From: a virus
Lineage: Duplodnaviria; Caudoviricetes
Length of the DNA stretch: 64,000 nt
Direction: 5' to 3' (one strand)
Virus record (IMG/VR): IMGVR_UViG_3300037067_003630
Coordinates: 6,495-70,494 of that record
The notes under the pieces were generated by a model that saw only the letters and a list, made by a program, of their open reading frames with translations, ran no database searches and had not been told where the DNA came from. This document shows, piece after piece, positions 1 through 9,201 of this stretch (within the stretch, counting starts at the first letter, position 1; each line of letters begins with the position of its first letter). The position numbers and the translations under genes are program-made.

Positions 1-132
1 ACTGTCAATCTGTGCTATTTCTTTGTCGATTTCCTGATTACTGAGTTCTTCTGTTGATTTCAATGTTTCAATGGTAACGAGTGCCGGACCGTTTACTGTT
101 ATTTCCTTATTGAGTTCATTGACTTCTGACAT
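1..132 (-). CDS. Hypothetical protein, truncated by window edge
   Basis: ATG at 132 after a GGAGG SD. Open frame MSEVNELNKEITVNGPALVTIETLKS... runs off the left edge. Confidence 0.6.
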   Translation of the reverse strand, partial: MSEVNELNKEITVNGPALVTIETLKSTEELSNQEIDKEIAQIDS

Positions 133-156
133 TTTTAATCCTCCAATAAATTTATT

Positions 157-486
157 TTAATAATATTTTTTGCCAAACAAAACAAATAAAGCATACTGTA
201 TATAGCCAATAATCCGTTTAAGATATGATTCTTTTTTTGCATTTTTCCCCCATATATTTTCCTTTTTCCATTGTGCAAATTCTTCAATGAATTCCTGCAA
301 CGGTGTTTTTAGCTGTTCGGGAATTGTAATTGTGCGGGTTTTGATGAATTCTTTTATGTCAAATTGCCTGAATGTATAGTCTTTTATTGTGCCATCAGTA
401 AAGGAATATTCTTCCTGTCCAAACAATCCTTCTTTAAGTTCAGTTGCTTGGCAAATCAAACATTCTCCAGATAAATACATAATCAT
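157..486 (-). CDS. Hypothetical protein
   Basis: 109-aa ORF with SD, co-oriented with the operon. Confidence 0.6.
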   Translation of the reverse strand: MIMYLSGECLICQATELKEGLFGQEEYSFTDGTIKDYTFRQFDIKEFIKTRTITIPEQLKTPLQEFIEEFAQWKKENIWGKNAKKESYLKRIIGYIQYALFVLFGKKYY

Positions 487-516
487 CTTCCCTTCATATT
501 TTCTCCAATAATTTAT

Positions 517-804
517 TTAAGCCCATTGGCTTATATACAATTTCCATTCTTTGTAATCGATATCGTAACGCTTAAGTATCCTAGTTGCTGCCCGTTCCTG
601 CTTTCCGAACGGACTCACATTTTTAGGTTGATTAATCAATGCCATTGCGGTTGGTATAAATTGTCTTTCTTTATCCCCAAATTTCGTCACCTCAATCACA
701 TCTAATGGATATTCTTGAGTGCTCATCGCCATGGACATTCCCTCATACCTTGGAGGAAATACCATCCGTGGAGGTACCCTTGGTTCGGGTGGATATGTTG
801 CCAT
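517..804 (-). CDS. Hypothetical protein
   Basis: 95-aa ORF starting immediately after the WbqC stop, with an AAGGAG SD. Confidence 0.6.
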   Translation of the reverse strand: MATYPPEPRVPPRMVFPPRYEGMSMAMSTQEYPLDVIEVTKFGDKERQFIPTAMALINQPKNVSPFGKQERAATRILKRYDIDYKEWKLYISQWA

Positions 805-1518
805 TTATAACAACTCCTTCTTGCTTATATTCCCGGACATAATAATCTGTTTTGACTTCTCGGCGTCTACGTTAAAAAGTAAATCAATTATGCTCATGTA
901 AGGCACAAACTCGCCCCACAGTTGCGGATATACAGGGTGGTTGTAATTCTGAAAATACAATTTGATTCCTGCCCGCTCGAATGCTTCCTTGTCCGCATAT
1001 CCCTCGCCCTGACTGCCGAATATATAAACATCGGCGCCAAGCTTTTTGCACATGTCCAGAACAAGGTCTGACTTCTGTCCCTCAAAATTTAAATCTGAGG
1101 CGCGGCAATATTCAACGTTGATTTTCAGCAGGTCAAGCACCCACTTCAAAAAGTATTCGTTCAGCTCACACAGATATTGCCATTCACGCTGAAAAAGCTC
1201 ATTAAAAAAGCTCTCATATTCATCGAAATATGGAGCCTTCTTATAAGCATAATATATTGATTTTCTGTGTTTATCCCGCCATCGTTGAGAGTTGTCGATT
1301 TCAAGTTCAAAAAGTTTCTTTTCTCGATAACCCTTTGATTTCAAAGGAATTGTCAACCATATTTCACCGTTTGCGGTTTTGATTCGATTTCTGCGCTCAT
1401 AGTCGTCATTTGACATTTGAACACAATCAAAAAAAACATATTTATCGGCAAGTGAAATTTTGTGTATCAACCCCATCCACGGCAAATATGCGGTTTGATG
1501 CGCAGTTAAAATTTTCAT
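805..1518 (-). CDS. WbqC-like family protein (putative glycyl/aminoacyl transferase acting on glycans)
   Basis: N-terminal HQTAYLPWMGLIHKI...D.YVFFD.VQ, RNRIKT.NG..WLTIP and C-terminal HPVYPQLWGEFVPYMSIIDLLFN are characteristic of WbqC. Confidence 0.88.
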   Translation of the reverse strand: MKILTAHQTAYLPWMGLIHKISLADKYVFFDCVQMSNDDYERRNRIKTANGEIWLTIPLKSKGYREKKLFELEIDNSQRWRDKHRKSIYYAYKKAPYFDEYESFFNELFQREWQYLCELNEYFLKWVLDLLKINVEYCRASDLNFEGQKSDLVLDMCKKLGADVYIFGSQGEGYADKEAFERAGIKLYFQNYNHPVYPQLWGEFVPYMSIIDLLFNVDAEKSKQIIMSGNISKKELL

Positions 1519-1519
1519 A

Positions 1520-2548
1520 TCAAAAGCTCCTTAAATAATCTAAAATATGATTGAATTCCTCATCTGTCAGTGCTGGATAAATCGGAAGTGACAGGCTATG
1601 CCCTGCCACCCATTCCGCATTAGGATAATTCTCCGCGCCCAGCCCTAGCATATTATGTAGCATCTCCCGCTGTTCTATTGGTATTATTGCTGTGATTCCA
1701 TTGTCGGCAAGGTGCTGTTTGAGGCGGGAAACACAGTTGTCTTTTACTATATATCGATACCAATTAAGGTCTGAAAATAAACAATTAATTGACACTTGAT
1801 ATCTCCATCCCTTTGTTTTGCATATATCTTGATATGCCGTCGCCATTTCTCTTCTTTTCCGCAGAAATTCTGGCAATTTCTTCAATTGCTCAATCCCCAT
1901 TGCCGCCTGCAGGTCGTTCATACCGAAATTAAACGCTGGGATGTGCTTATCATAATCGATATACTCCCGCGCCTTGTCTGCCAGAGCTTTGTTATTTGTG
2001 ACTATCATCCCGCCCGAGCCGGTTGTTATCATTTTTGACGGGCCGAAGCTGAACGTTGCAATGTCACCCTGCAGGCCGACATGCTTGCCGTTGATGTATG
2101 AGCCAAGAGCCTGGGAGCAGTCCTCAATTATATATTGATTTTCGATTTTGAAATTTTCGACATCAGCAGGAACTCCAAAGGTATAAGGTATAATATAAAC
2201 TCCTTGATATGGCCGTAATTTAACCCTTATCTTTTCCATATTGAAATCGTTTTTGTTAATGTCAACTATACATGCTTGCTGATTGCTCATATCAACTGCA
2301 TTTAATACAGCAGAACATACGTATGTTGGTATCGCAATGAAAGGCATTCTGCCTAATATCTTTAATGCCACTGTCAGCGCCGCTGTCCCGCTATTCACGG
2401 CAATTGCATATTTTGCCCCGACATAATCAGCAAAGGCTTGTTCAAACTGCTTGACTTTTTCGCCAGGTGCAATCCAACAAGAGGAAATGACTTCGGTGAT
2501 GGCGGCGGATTCTTCGGAGCCGATGGAGGGTTTATTGTGAGGAATCAT
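1520..2548 (-). CDS. DegT/DnrJ/EryC1/StrS family PLP-dependent sugar aminotransferase
   Basis: AVNSGTAAL, IIEDCSQALG, FSFGPSKMITTGSGG (PLP lysine) and SLSLPIYP motifs. Confidence 0.92.
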   Translation of the reverse strand: MIPHNKPSIGSEESAAITEVISSCWIAPGEKVKQFEQAFADYVGAKYAIAVNSGTAALTVALKILGRMPFIAIPTYVCSAVLNAVDMSNQQACIVDINKNDFNMEKIRVKLRPYQGVYIIPYTFGVPADVENFKIENQYIIEDCSQALGSYINGKHVGLQGDIATFSFGPSKMITTGSGGMIVTNNKALADKAREYIDYDKHIPAFNFGMNDLQAAMGIEQLKKLPEFLRKRREMATAYQDICKTKGWRYQVSINCLFSDLNWYRYIVKDNCVSRLKQHLADNGITAIIPIEQREMLHNMLGLGAENYPNAEWVAGHSLSLPIYPALTDEEFNHILDYLRSF

Positions 2549-2805
2549 AATAGCCCGCCTTTCATTATCAGCGCAATTATCACAAGTATTATTAGTATGG
2601 CATTTGGTACTATTATTTTAATTCTGTCCTTTGTAACACATTTCTTACATACAGGGTCTGCCCACTCGTCGCGTGCGCCATGAATTATGTAATGGTGTAT
2701 TTCGTCTGATAAAATTGGTTGTCCACACCAAAAGCATTCGTCCTTTCTCCACTCTTCGCGGTTTTTGCTTTGCCATTTGGTAAATCCTATCGCATTGCTA
2801 CTCAT
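2545..2805 (-). CDS. Hypothetical protein with CxxC pairs and a C-terminal transmembrane segment
   Basis: CFWC and CKKC motifs, hydrophobic tail, coupled to flanking genes. Confidence 0.55.
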   Translation of the reverse strand: MSSNAIGFTKWQSKNREEWRKDECFWCGQPILSDEIHHYIIHGARDEWADPVCKKCVTKDRIKIIVPNAILIILVIIALIMKGGLL

Positions 2806-2819
2806 ATCTATATCCTTCC

Positions 2820-3497
2820 TTAATTTATTTTTCTTACCAACTCAAACGCTTCCGCAAGCTTTACCCCTGCCATAACCCCATAAAATTCGGCATGTGCGCG
2901 TAAACCTGCTGCACTTCGTGGATGCGGATATGGTCGTATCTCTGTGGTGTAACATTGCAAAGCCTTTATCTTTGTATCAAGGTCTGGATATGTTATTTCA
3001 ACAAAAACATTCGGTTTAAAGCTGCCGTCGCTCCATTCCGTTGATGATGGCGTTTCAAAGCAGTAGATTTCTTTGACTGTAGAGCAGTTTGGACGCAATG
3101 CCGTTGCAACTGCCTGAAACGTGATTCTGTGGTCAATATTGAGGTCACCGCCATGATGAGTATAGACAATATCGGGCTTCCATAAATAAAGGTAAAACTC
3201 AATTGATTTAATTATCGATAATAGCGAAACGGTATCAAAAGCATTATCAGGATTTGATAGAAGCTCTATATGTTTAAACCCTATTATCTCCGCTGCCGCT
3301 TTTGCATCTTTTTGTAACTCGCATAACTCTTGGCTATACGCAAATTGGCTGATAGACAATATATCGCCCTGAATATATTTTTGCATTCTTGAAGCAATAC
3401 CTTCGCCCAATATTAAGCAGTATACTTCATCCCCTGCTAAAACGTGTTTGTGGAATGTGGCACCGCCGCCAAGTAACTCATCGTCAAGGATGGGCAC
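2820..3497 (-). CDS. PIG-L/LmbE family N-acetyl-sugar deacetylase
   Basis: DDELLGGG, PDIVYTHHGGDLNIDHR, FETPSSTEW and YPHPRS motifs. The first motif is slightly degenerate (usual form HPDDE). Confidence 0.85.
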   Translation of the reverse strand: MPILDDELLGGGATFHKHVLAGDEVYCLILGEGIASRMQKYIQGDILSISQFAYSQELCELQKDAKAAAEIIGFKHIELLSNPDNAFDTVSLLSIIKSIEFYLYLWKPDIVYTHHGGDLNIDHRITFQAVATALRPNCSTVKEIYCFETPSSTEWSDGSFKPNVFVEITYPDLDTKIKALQCYTTEIRPYPHPRSAAGLRAHAEFYGVMAGVKLAEAFELVRKIN

Positions 3498-3520
3498 AAA
3501 TAATTAATATTTTCTGCACC

Positions 3521-4123
3521 CTAAACCACCTCTTTCTTTAAGCTTTTATAGCTTTTAGTATTAATCAAACAGTCGCGCCATTTTTCATATTGATATTTCT
3601 TTTTAGCTCTTAATGGGTATTCCTCAAAATGCGGAATCACAACATTTATCAAGTCCATTACTGGTTGCACTATATAAACCCATTGATTTCTTCTAACTTC
3701 TGAAACATATTTAGGGTTCCAGTTATCCATGCTTTTCTTAACATCGCGATAATAAAGTTCACCAACTCCTAAATATTCCCGTATTGTTTCAAGAATTTCC
3801 TTATCGTCTTCTCTTAAAATTATCCTAAAACAAAATCCATGTTTACCATTCCCGTTAAAATTTGCTTCCCCATCAACAAAACCGGATAACCAATTGCCAA
3901 ATTTATCATCTTTTCCACGTTCTTTAAATTGTTTGCTATGTGATTTTAATTGACATGTCCAACAAAGCTTTGTTTTTAATGCACTCTTTGGGTTTAGTGG
4001 TATCCCACATGCACTACAAGATAACGGCTCTTTTCTTGTTCTGCACGAACGACATATTTTTGGTGGTTCCTTTTTGGTATGCATAAGTGTCTTCCCGCAC
4101 TTTTCACAAATATAAGTTTTCAT
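3521..4123 (-). CDS. LAGLIDADG homing endonuclease with N-terminal Cys-rich (Zn) region
   Basis: WLSGFVDGEANF motif, HFEEYPLRAKK, multiple CxxC. Start placed at ATG 4123 behind GGAGAG. Confidence 0.82.
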   Translation of the reverse strand: MKTYICEKCGKTLMHTKKEPPKICRSCRTRKEPLSCSACGIPLNPKSALKTKLCWTCQLKSHSKQFKERGKDDKFGNWLSGFVDGEANFNGNGKHGFCFRIILREDDKEILETIREYLGVGELYYRDVKKSMDNWNPKYVSEVRRNQWVYIVQPVMDLINVVIPHFEEYPLRAKKKYQYEKWRDCLINTKSYKSLKKEVV

Positions 4124-4157
4124 TCGCACTCTCCTTTATTTCGCACCCTGTTTTTAA

Positions 4158-4216
4158 GCATAAGAAAAGGCAGGGAGTGCGTTCCTGCCTACAGTCTTGC
4201 AAAACTGCCTTATGCC
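4158..4216 (-). promoter_or_regulatory. Structured leader RNA, copy 1 (loop complementary to the downstream RBS)
   Basis: Closing stem GCATAAG/CTTATGC, TTGCAA-loop hairpin, and AGGCAGG/CCTGCCT hairpin whose loop GCACTCC can pair with GGAG(A)GTGC at the start codon. Confidence 0.6.
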
Positions 4217-4374
4217 AAATTTATTTTATTTCAAATCACTAATATCTTTTGCAACCCTTTTCATCTCCTTATTCGTCTTTATTGTCTGGTTCTATGCCAA
4301 ATGCATTTAATGGCATACCACTTAATAAATCAATTACAGGCATCAAAAGAATAACTGATATTAAAATAATCCAT

Positions 4375-4812
4375 TCAAGCGTTTCTCTTTGCATAATACC
4401 CCGACTTCACCACAAACGGATTTCCAACTATTAACGAATACGGCGGTATAATCAGTCCATCCGCTATCAGGCATGTGTGTGCTGCCACAACCGAATGATG
4501 CCCTATTTTTACCCTGCCGCCGATGAATGAATGACTGCCGACAAAAACATTATCCTCCAGGATGATGCAGCCTCTGTCAATTTCGTCTGCCAGGCCAATA
4601 CATTTTTTATGACTGTCGGCGCAGTTGATTGAAACAAAGCTTGCTATGTCGCAATTATCGCCTATCTTCACGCTCCCGCCTTTTGCGTTTATTTCGGAAA
4701 AAAGCCCGATATAGGTATTTCTGCCGATATCGGGCGTTCCGTGAATAAAGGTAAGGGGATGGTAGGGATTGGAGGAAATTTGTAAAGCTTTTAAAATTAA
4801 TTTTGTTATCAT
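4375..4812 (-). CDS. Left-handed beta-helix (hexapeptide repeat) acyltransferase
   Basis: IGRNTYIG, VKIGDNCDIA, ILEDNVFVGSHSFI and VKIGHHSVVAA repeats; IPPYSLIVGNP. Confidence 0.85.
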   Translation of the reverse strand: MITKLILKALQISSNPYHPLTFIHGTPDIGRNTYIGLFSEINAKGGSVKIGDNCDIASFVSINCADSHKKCIGLADEIDRGCIILEDNVFVGSHSFIGGRVKIGHHSVVAAHTCLIADGLIIPPYSLIVGNPFVVKSGYYAKRNA

Positions 4813-5558
4813 TTTATCACCATAACATCAGGAGTTTTAGCTTTAATAATTTTTACAATATCCAGCAAAGCTTCCTCTGCTTTGCTTGTTAGCTTATTGT
4901 TTTCGATTATATCAGCGAATGCGCGATATCTCTCAGGAACATACATCAATTGTAAAATCAACCCTTCGTCAATCTTGCTTGATACATTTAGCACTTTCGA
5001 TAATAATTCTATTGATTTTACAGCTTCCTCCATTGCTTTTATTGATTCTTCAAATATCTTTGCTGATTCTCTCAATATATCAGGAGTAATGTCTTTAATT
5101 TTATGTTCCTGACTTGTATTTATAGTTTCAGACAATAACCCATAATCACGTTCGTCAATCTTATGATTCTGCTGCATTTTTATTCGCTCCCTATTTTTAA
5201 GATTTTGATAAATGCTATCATCTTGATTTTTTTCATCCAACCATTCATCAAGTTTTTCTTTCATAAAAAATACCCTATTTCCAATTCTGAAATGAGGTAT
5301 TTCTCCGTTTCTAACCATTTGCATTAATTTTCCATAACTACATCCGATATGTTCAGCCGCTTCATTTGGCAATAATCTGGATGGACTTATTCCTGTTTGA
5401 ATTTTTTCTTGGTTTGTTTGATAACTGCTTTTTCTTCTTTCCTTGCGACACATTCTGCATTTTCCTCTTAACCCTTCCTTTGCAGTTTTATCTTTTTCAA
5501 AATATTCAAGAGTAGCAGGTAATTTTTTACCGCACTCATTGCATGTTTTTGTTTCCAT
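4809..5558 (-). CDS. DNA-binding protein: N-terminal Zn-finger-like region plus excisionase-type HTH
   Basis: KTCNECG...GLRGKCRMC followed by AAEHIGCSYGKLMQMVRNGEIPHFRIGNRVFF. Confidence 0.7.
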   Translation of the reverse strand: METKTCNECGKKLPATLEYFEKDKTAKEGLRGKCRMCRKERRKSSYQTNQEKIQTGISPSRLLPNEAAEHIGCSYGKLMQMVRNGEIPHFRIGNRVFFMKEKLDEWLDEKNQDDSIYQNLKNRERIKMQQNHKIDERDYGLLSETINTSQEHKIKDITPDILRESAKIFEESIKAMEEAVKSIELLSKVLNVSSKIDEGLILQLMYVPERYRAFADIIENNKLTSKAEEALLDIVKIIKAKTPDVMVIK

Positions 5559-5568
5559 AAAAATTCTC

Positions 5569-6252
5569 CTATTTTATTACAAGGTAATCCACCATGTGGC
5601 TTGACTGCCATATCTGCGGGTTAATCTGTTTTATTAAGCATTCACTGAATCCTGCTTTGAGAGACAAATACATCATTTCCTGCGGATTAATCCACAGGCG
5701 CGCGTTCTCCTGCTGCAATGATTCTTCTGTCTGCGGCATGCTGGCGATATGGGATTCCTTTTTGCTTAAGTCGGGATTGTGAGTCAGCAGGCATTTTCCG
5801 CCAGGCCTCATGACGTTGTATATATTTTGCAGGGCTGTCTGTACCTCGTCCATATTGGAAAGGTATTGCAGGACGCTTCCGACAAGGACTTTAGTAAATA
5901 TTGGATGTATAGGATCCACTAATTTAAATTGTTGCATTGTTAATATATCATCTTGAAATATAAAAACATTATTGAATGCTTGTGCTTGTGCTTGTGCTTT
6001 TTTAACTAATTCCGGGCTATAATCAAACATCGTCGCATTCCAAACAAATGGTGCCAAATGAAACGTTATCCATCCTGGCCCACCGCCGCAATCAAGCAAT
6101 ACGTCATTTTTGCACAGTTGGAGCGCGTTTTGCACGTCCTGGATATAAAGCAAAAACTGATACATTGTGAAGCTGTTGCCGCGTCCGGTTTGGGTAAAGT
6201 AGTTTTCAGTTTGGGCTTTAGCATCCCATAATGATTTCCAAAAATTCTCCAT
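5569..6252 (-). CDS. Class I SAM-dependent methyltransferase
   Basis: VLLDCGGGPG motif I, FDYS, and LQNIYNVMRPGGK. Confidence 0.85.
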   Translation of the reverse strand: MENFWKSLWDAKAQTENYFTQTGRGNSFTMYQFLLYIQDVQNALQLCKNDVLLDCGGGPGWITFHLAPFVWNATMFDYSPELVKKAQAQAQAFNNVFIFQDDILTMQQFKLVDPIHPIFTKVLVGSVLQYLSNMDEVQTALQNIYNVMRPGGKCLLTHNPDLSKKESHIASMPQTEESLQQENARLWINPQEMMYLSLKAGFSECLIKQINPQIWQSSHMVDYLVIK

Positions 6253-6268
6253 ATATGCTCCTTTTAAT

Positions 6269-7114
6269 TTATATTATCAAGCTTAGTTGTTGTATGGTTC
6301 CGTTATAATTAAGAAATTTTAAAATCCGTTTCTCCCTTTTCTTGTTATAAAATGGTTGTCTTTTATACCACTCAAAAAAATCAGCATCGTTTTTAGAAGT
6401 ATTACAGTTTTTACACGCTGTCACAATATTATTATGTGTATACTCGCCGCTCTTTGCAAGTGCGATAAAATGGTCTTGTTGTAATGGTTTTTCTTCTCCG
6501 CAATAAGCACATTTGTTGTTGAAATATTTTAATGTTGCATTCCACATTTCCTCAGAATAATTATCTAGTAATTCTTTTTTTCTAGTTCTCCGATTTTGTC
6601 CGTATATTCGATAATTAATGAGATGATTTTTACGATATTCTGCGCTGTGGCAGTTCGCATAATCTCTTCTTTTCTGTCTATCTCGTTCTCTATATATTTT
6701 TTCTTTTTCTTTACATTTTTCAATATTTCTCAGGCGGTAATTTTTGTGTAGTTCCCTTAATTTTTCGCAATTTTCAACGTTGTATTGTTTCCCCTTTTCT
6801 TTAATTATTTCGAGGTTTTCAATATAGTAATTCTTCCCATACTCTTTTATCCTATCTTTATTTTGTTGTCTCCAGTCATCTTTGTATTGTTTTAACTTTT
6901 CAACATTTTCTTTATAATATTGTTTCTTTTGTTCTTTTACTTTTTCGGAATTTTCTTCAAACCATTGCTTCAATTTTTCTTTATTTTTTTCTCGGTATTC
7001 CTTCTCACATTCCTTACATTTGGAATATAATCCTAATTTTCCTTTTTTGGCTTTTTTGAAGTTATTGAAAGTAGCTTCTTTTGCAATCCCGCATTTTGTA
7101 CATACTTTAGTCAT
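6269..7114 (-). CDS. HNH homing endonuclease
   Basis: CAYCG...LQQDHFIALAKSGEYTHNNIVTACKNCNTSK. Start placed at ATG 7114 behind AGGTG. Confidence 0.88.
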   Translation of the reverse strand: MTKVCTKCGIAKEATFNNFKKAKKGKLGLYSKCKECEKEYREKNKEKLKQWFEENSEKVKEQKKQYYKENVEKLKQYKDDWRQQNKDRIKEYGKNYYIENLEIIKEKGKQYNVENCEKLRELHKNYRLRNIEKCKEKEKIYRERDRQKRRDYANCHSAEYRKNHLINYRIYGQNRRTRKKELLDNYSEEMWNATLKYFNNKCAYCGEEKPLQQDHFIALAKSGEYTHNNIVTACKNCNTSKNDADFFEWYKRQPFYNKKREKRILKFLNYNGTIQQLSLII

Positions 7115-7151
7115 AATAAGCACCTCGCATTCATTTAGCACTTTATTTAAA

Positions 7152-7212
7152 GGCATAAGAAAAGGACGTAGGTGCTTCTCACGTCCTCAATGTTGCAACA
7201 TTGTCCTATGCC
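7152..7212 (-). promoter_or_regulatory. Structured leader RNA, copy 2
   Basis: Same layout as 4158-4216: GGCATAG/CTTATGCC, TTGCAA loop, AGGACGT/ACGTCCT hairpin. Loop AAGCACCT is the exact complement of AGGTGCTT at 7118-7125. Confidence 0.6.
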
Positions 7213-7219
7213 AAATTGC

Positions 7220-7948
7220 TTAAAATATAATATAACTCGCGTTCGGGCTATACTGTGAGTGTATCAACCTATAATTTTCCAATCCAAGCACTTCCTGAGC
7301 CGCCAAACTTTCCCCCGGCCAGTCAGGGTGACATAATTCATCAAAGGCAATTATGCTGCCTTTTGTCAAGTGTCCTTTTAGTGCCAGTAATGCCGCCTTT
7401 GTGGGCTCATAGATATCAAAGTCCATGAAAGCCAATGCTGCGATAGTTTCGGGATGTTTCTCAAAATATGCCGGTACAGTATTGCATGCATCCCCTTTGA
7501 CCAGTTCATACTTTTTTATCTGGCTTAATGGTGACAGATTTTCATGGCATTGCAATAATTCTTCAAGATACTCATCATAGTTATCTGTAAGCTTCATTTC
7601 GTTAAGCTCATGATCGCCATCATTTTTGTGGATGGATGGAAAGCTTTGAAAAGTGTCAAAGCCTATAATCTTCCGGCTATAATTGAATGGCTCAAGTGCG
7701 CCGCGAAACGATTCATAAAGCGCCATATTGCCGCCCCAGCGCACACCGAATTCCATTATAATTCCGTGTACCGGCAGAATCTTTTGATAAATCTCATGTA
7801 TGAAAAGGAATCGCATCATATGCTGCCGGCTTACGAAAAGTCCCATGTTGTACATTAGTTCGTCAACCGGAATCGGGCAATTTTTGTAAAGCTGCTGAAA
7901 TTTTTCTTTATCTGATAATTCCCTTTTGGATGAAATTATTTCGCTCAT
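7220..7948 (-). CDS. TylF/MycF-like sugar O-methyltransferase
   Basis: IMEFGVRWGG, IIGFDTFQSFP, LVKGD, ALAFMDFDIYEPT and GSIIAFDE motifs. Confidence 0.82.
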   Translation of the reverse strand: MSEIISSKRELSDKEKFQQLYKNCPIPVDELMYNMGLFVSRQHMMRFLFIHEIYQKILPVHGIIMEFGVRWGGNMALYESFRGALEPFNYSRKIIGFDTFQSFPSIHKNDGDHELNEMKLTDNYDEYLEELLQCHENLSPLSQIKKYELVKGDACNTVPAYFEKHPETIAALAFMDFDIYEPTKAALLALKGHLTKGSIIAFDELCHPDWPGESLAAQEVLGLENYRLIHSQYSPNASYIIF

Positions 7949-7973
7949 TTAAAAGCTCCTTTATATTTTATTT

Positions 7974-9200
7974 TTAATGCCTTTTGAACACGGGTGAAAT
8001 TTTACGCCCAAACAATATTCCTTCCGTTGAATCCTGCTCTATCGCCCTGCAAATATCACCCATTGCCTTACCTGCTGATAAAACAAAATAATCAATGTCG
8101 TCCTTGCTGTGGCTTAAGGATACAAAGCCTGTATCACTGACTATGATTCCTGAGTTCAGCATTTTTTCCTCATAAATGCTTAATAAATCGAGGTAATCAA
8201 GCTTTCCAATATCGCTAAATTTCAAGCCATTATGAGGCGGCATTCCAATAGTCGATATGCAATCGTTTAGACTGTAAAAGTTAATTGCCTGCTGTAACCC
8301 GTCAAGCATAGTTTGTCCAAGTGACCATATATGCTCATAGGTGCCGGGTTGTTCAAGAATTTCAATTACTGCCAATGCCGCCGCAATAGAGAGGCATTCG
8401 CCGCCGAATGTCGTGCTGATAAACGCCTCGCCGGTGTCGATGAGGTTTAGTATGTCGCGCCGGCCGCATACTGCACTGATGGGCATTCCTCCGCCGTAAG
8501 CCTTGCCGATACAGGTTAAGTCAGGGGTCACGCCATAGTATTCTGCCGCGCCGCCGAGTGCAAAGCGGGCACCTGTGACAACCTCATCAAATATCAATAC
8601 CGCGCCGTTTTTATGGCACAGTTCTTTTATAGCTAGGAGATATCCATTTTTCGGGCCGTTCTCCATAACGGGTTCAAGAATAACGGCGGCGATTCTGCCG
8701 TTGTAGCCATCAAACCATGACTTCAAATCATCAATGTCATTATATTTAAATTTCTTTGTCAGGTTACTTGTTCCAAACGGTATCCCTTTGGCGCCCGGTT
8801 CAATTCCAATTGTCCAATCGTCCCAGCCATGATACCCTGCCTTTAAAACAATATCTCTGCCTGTGTACGCCCGGGCAAGTTTTACCGCCGCTGTGGTTAC
8901 ATCTTTTCCGTTTTTCATGAGTTTGCAGGCTTCGCAACCGGGTATAATCTTGGTGAGCTTTCGGCATAAATCCTGCTCAATTTGCGTGGGCGTGGAAAAT
9001 GATATTCCTTTTTTGAGCTGCTTTTCAATTGCCGTGTTGATTCTTACGTCATTATGTCCGGTAAGCCCCGGGCCAAGTGCGCACGTGAAATCGCAATATT
9101 CGTTGCCTTCGGTGTCCCATACGCGAGAACCTTTGCCATGGTCAAGCATAATGTCACGGGTAAAATAGCGCATGCCTTTTGAATATGTCTGATAATGCAT
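7974..9200 (-). CDS. Class III PLP aminotransferase (glutamate-1-semialdehyde aminomutase-like)
   Basis: GKGSRVWDTEGNEYCDF, AGYHGW, AVILEP, LIFDEVVTG and GKAYGGGMPISA motifs. Confidence 0.9.
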   Translation of the reverse strand: MHYQTYSKGMRYFTRDIMLDHGKGSRVWDTEGNEYCDFTCALGPGLTGHNDVRINTAIEKQLKKGISFSTPTQIEQDLCRKLTKIIPGCEACKLMKNGKDVTTAAVKLARAYTGRDIVLKAGYHGWDDWTIGIEPGAKGIPFGTSNLTKKFKYNDIDDLKSWFDGYNGRIAAVILEPVMENGPKNGYLLAIKELCHKNGAVLIFDEVVTGARFALGGAAEYYGVTPDLTCIGKAYGGGMPISAVCGRRDILNLIDTGEAFISTTFGGECLSIAAALAVIEILEQPGTYEHIWSLGQTMLDGLQQAINFYSLNDCISTIGMPPHNGLKFSDIGKLDYLDLLSIYEEKMLNSGIIVSDTGFVSLSHSKDDIDYFVLSAGKAMGDICRAIEQDSTEGILFGRKISPVFKRH

Positions 9201-9201
9201 T

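Noticed and set aside
7974-9200. hemL (tetrapyrrole synthesis) auxiliary metabolic gene
   Set aside because: No other hem genes; adjacency to SpsF-like and aldo/keto reductase genes fits glycan loci.
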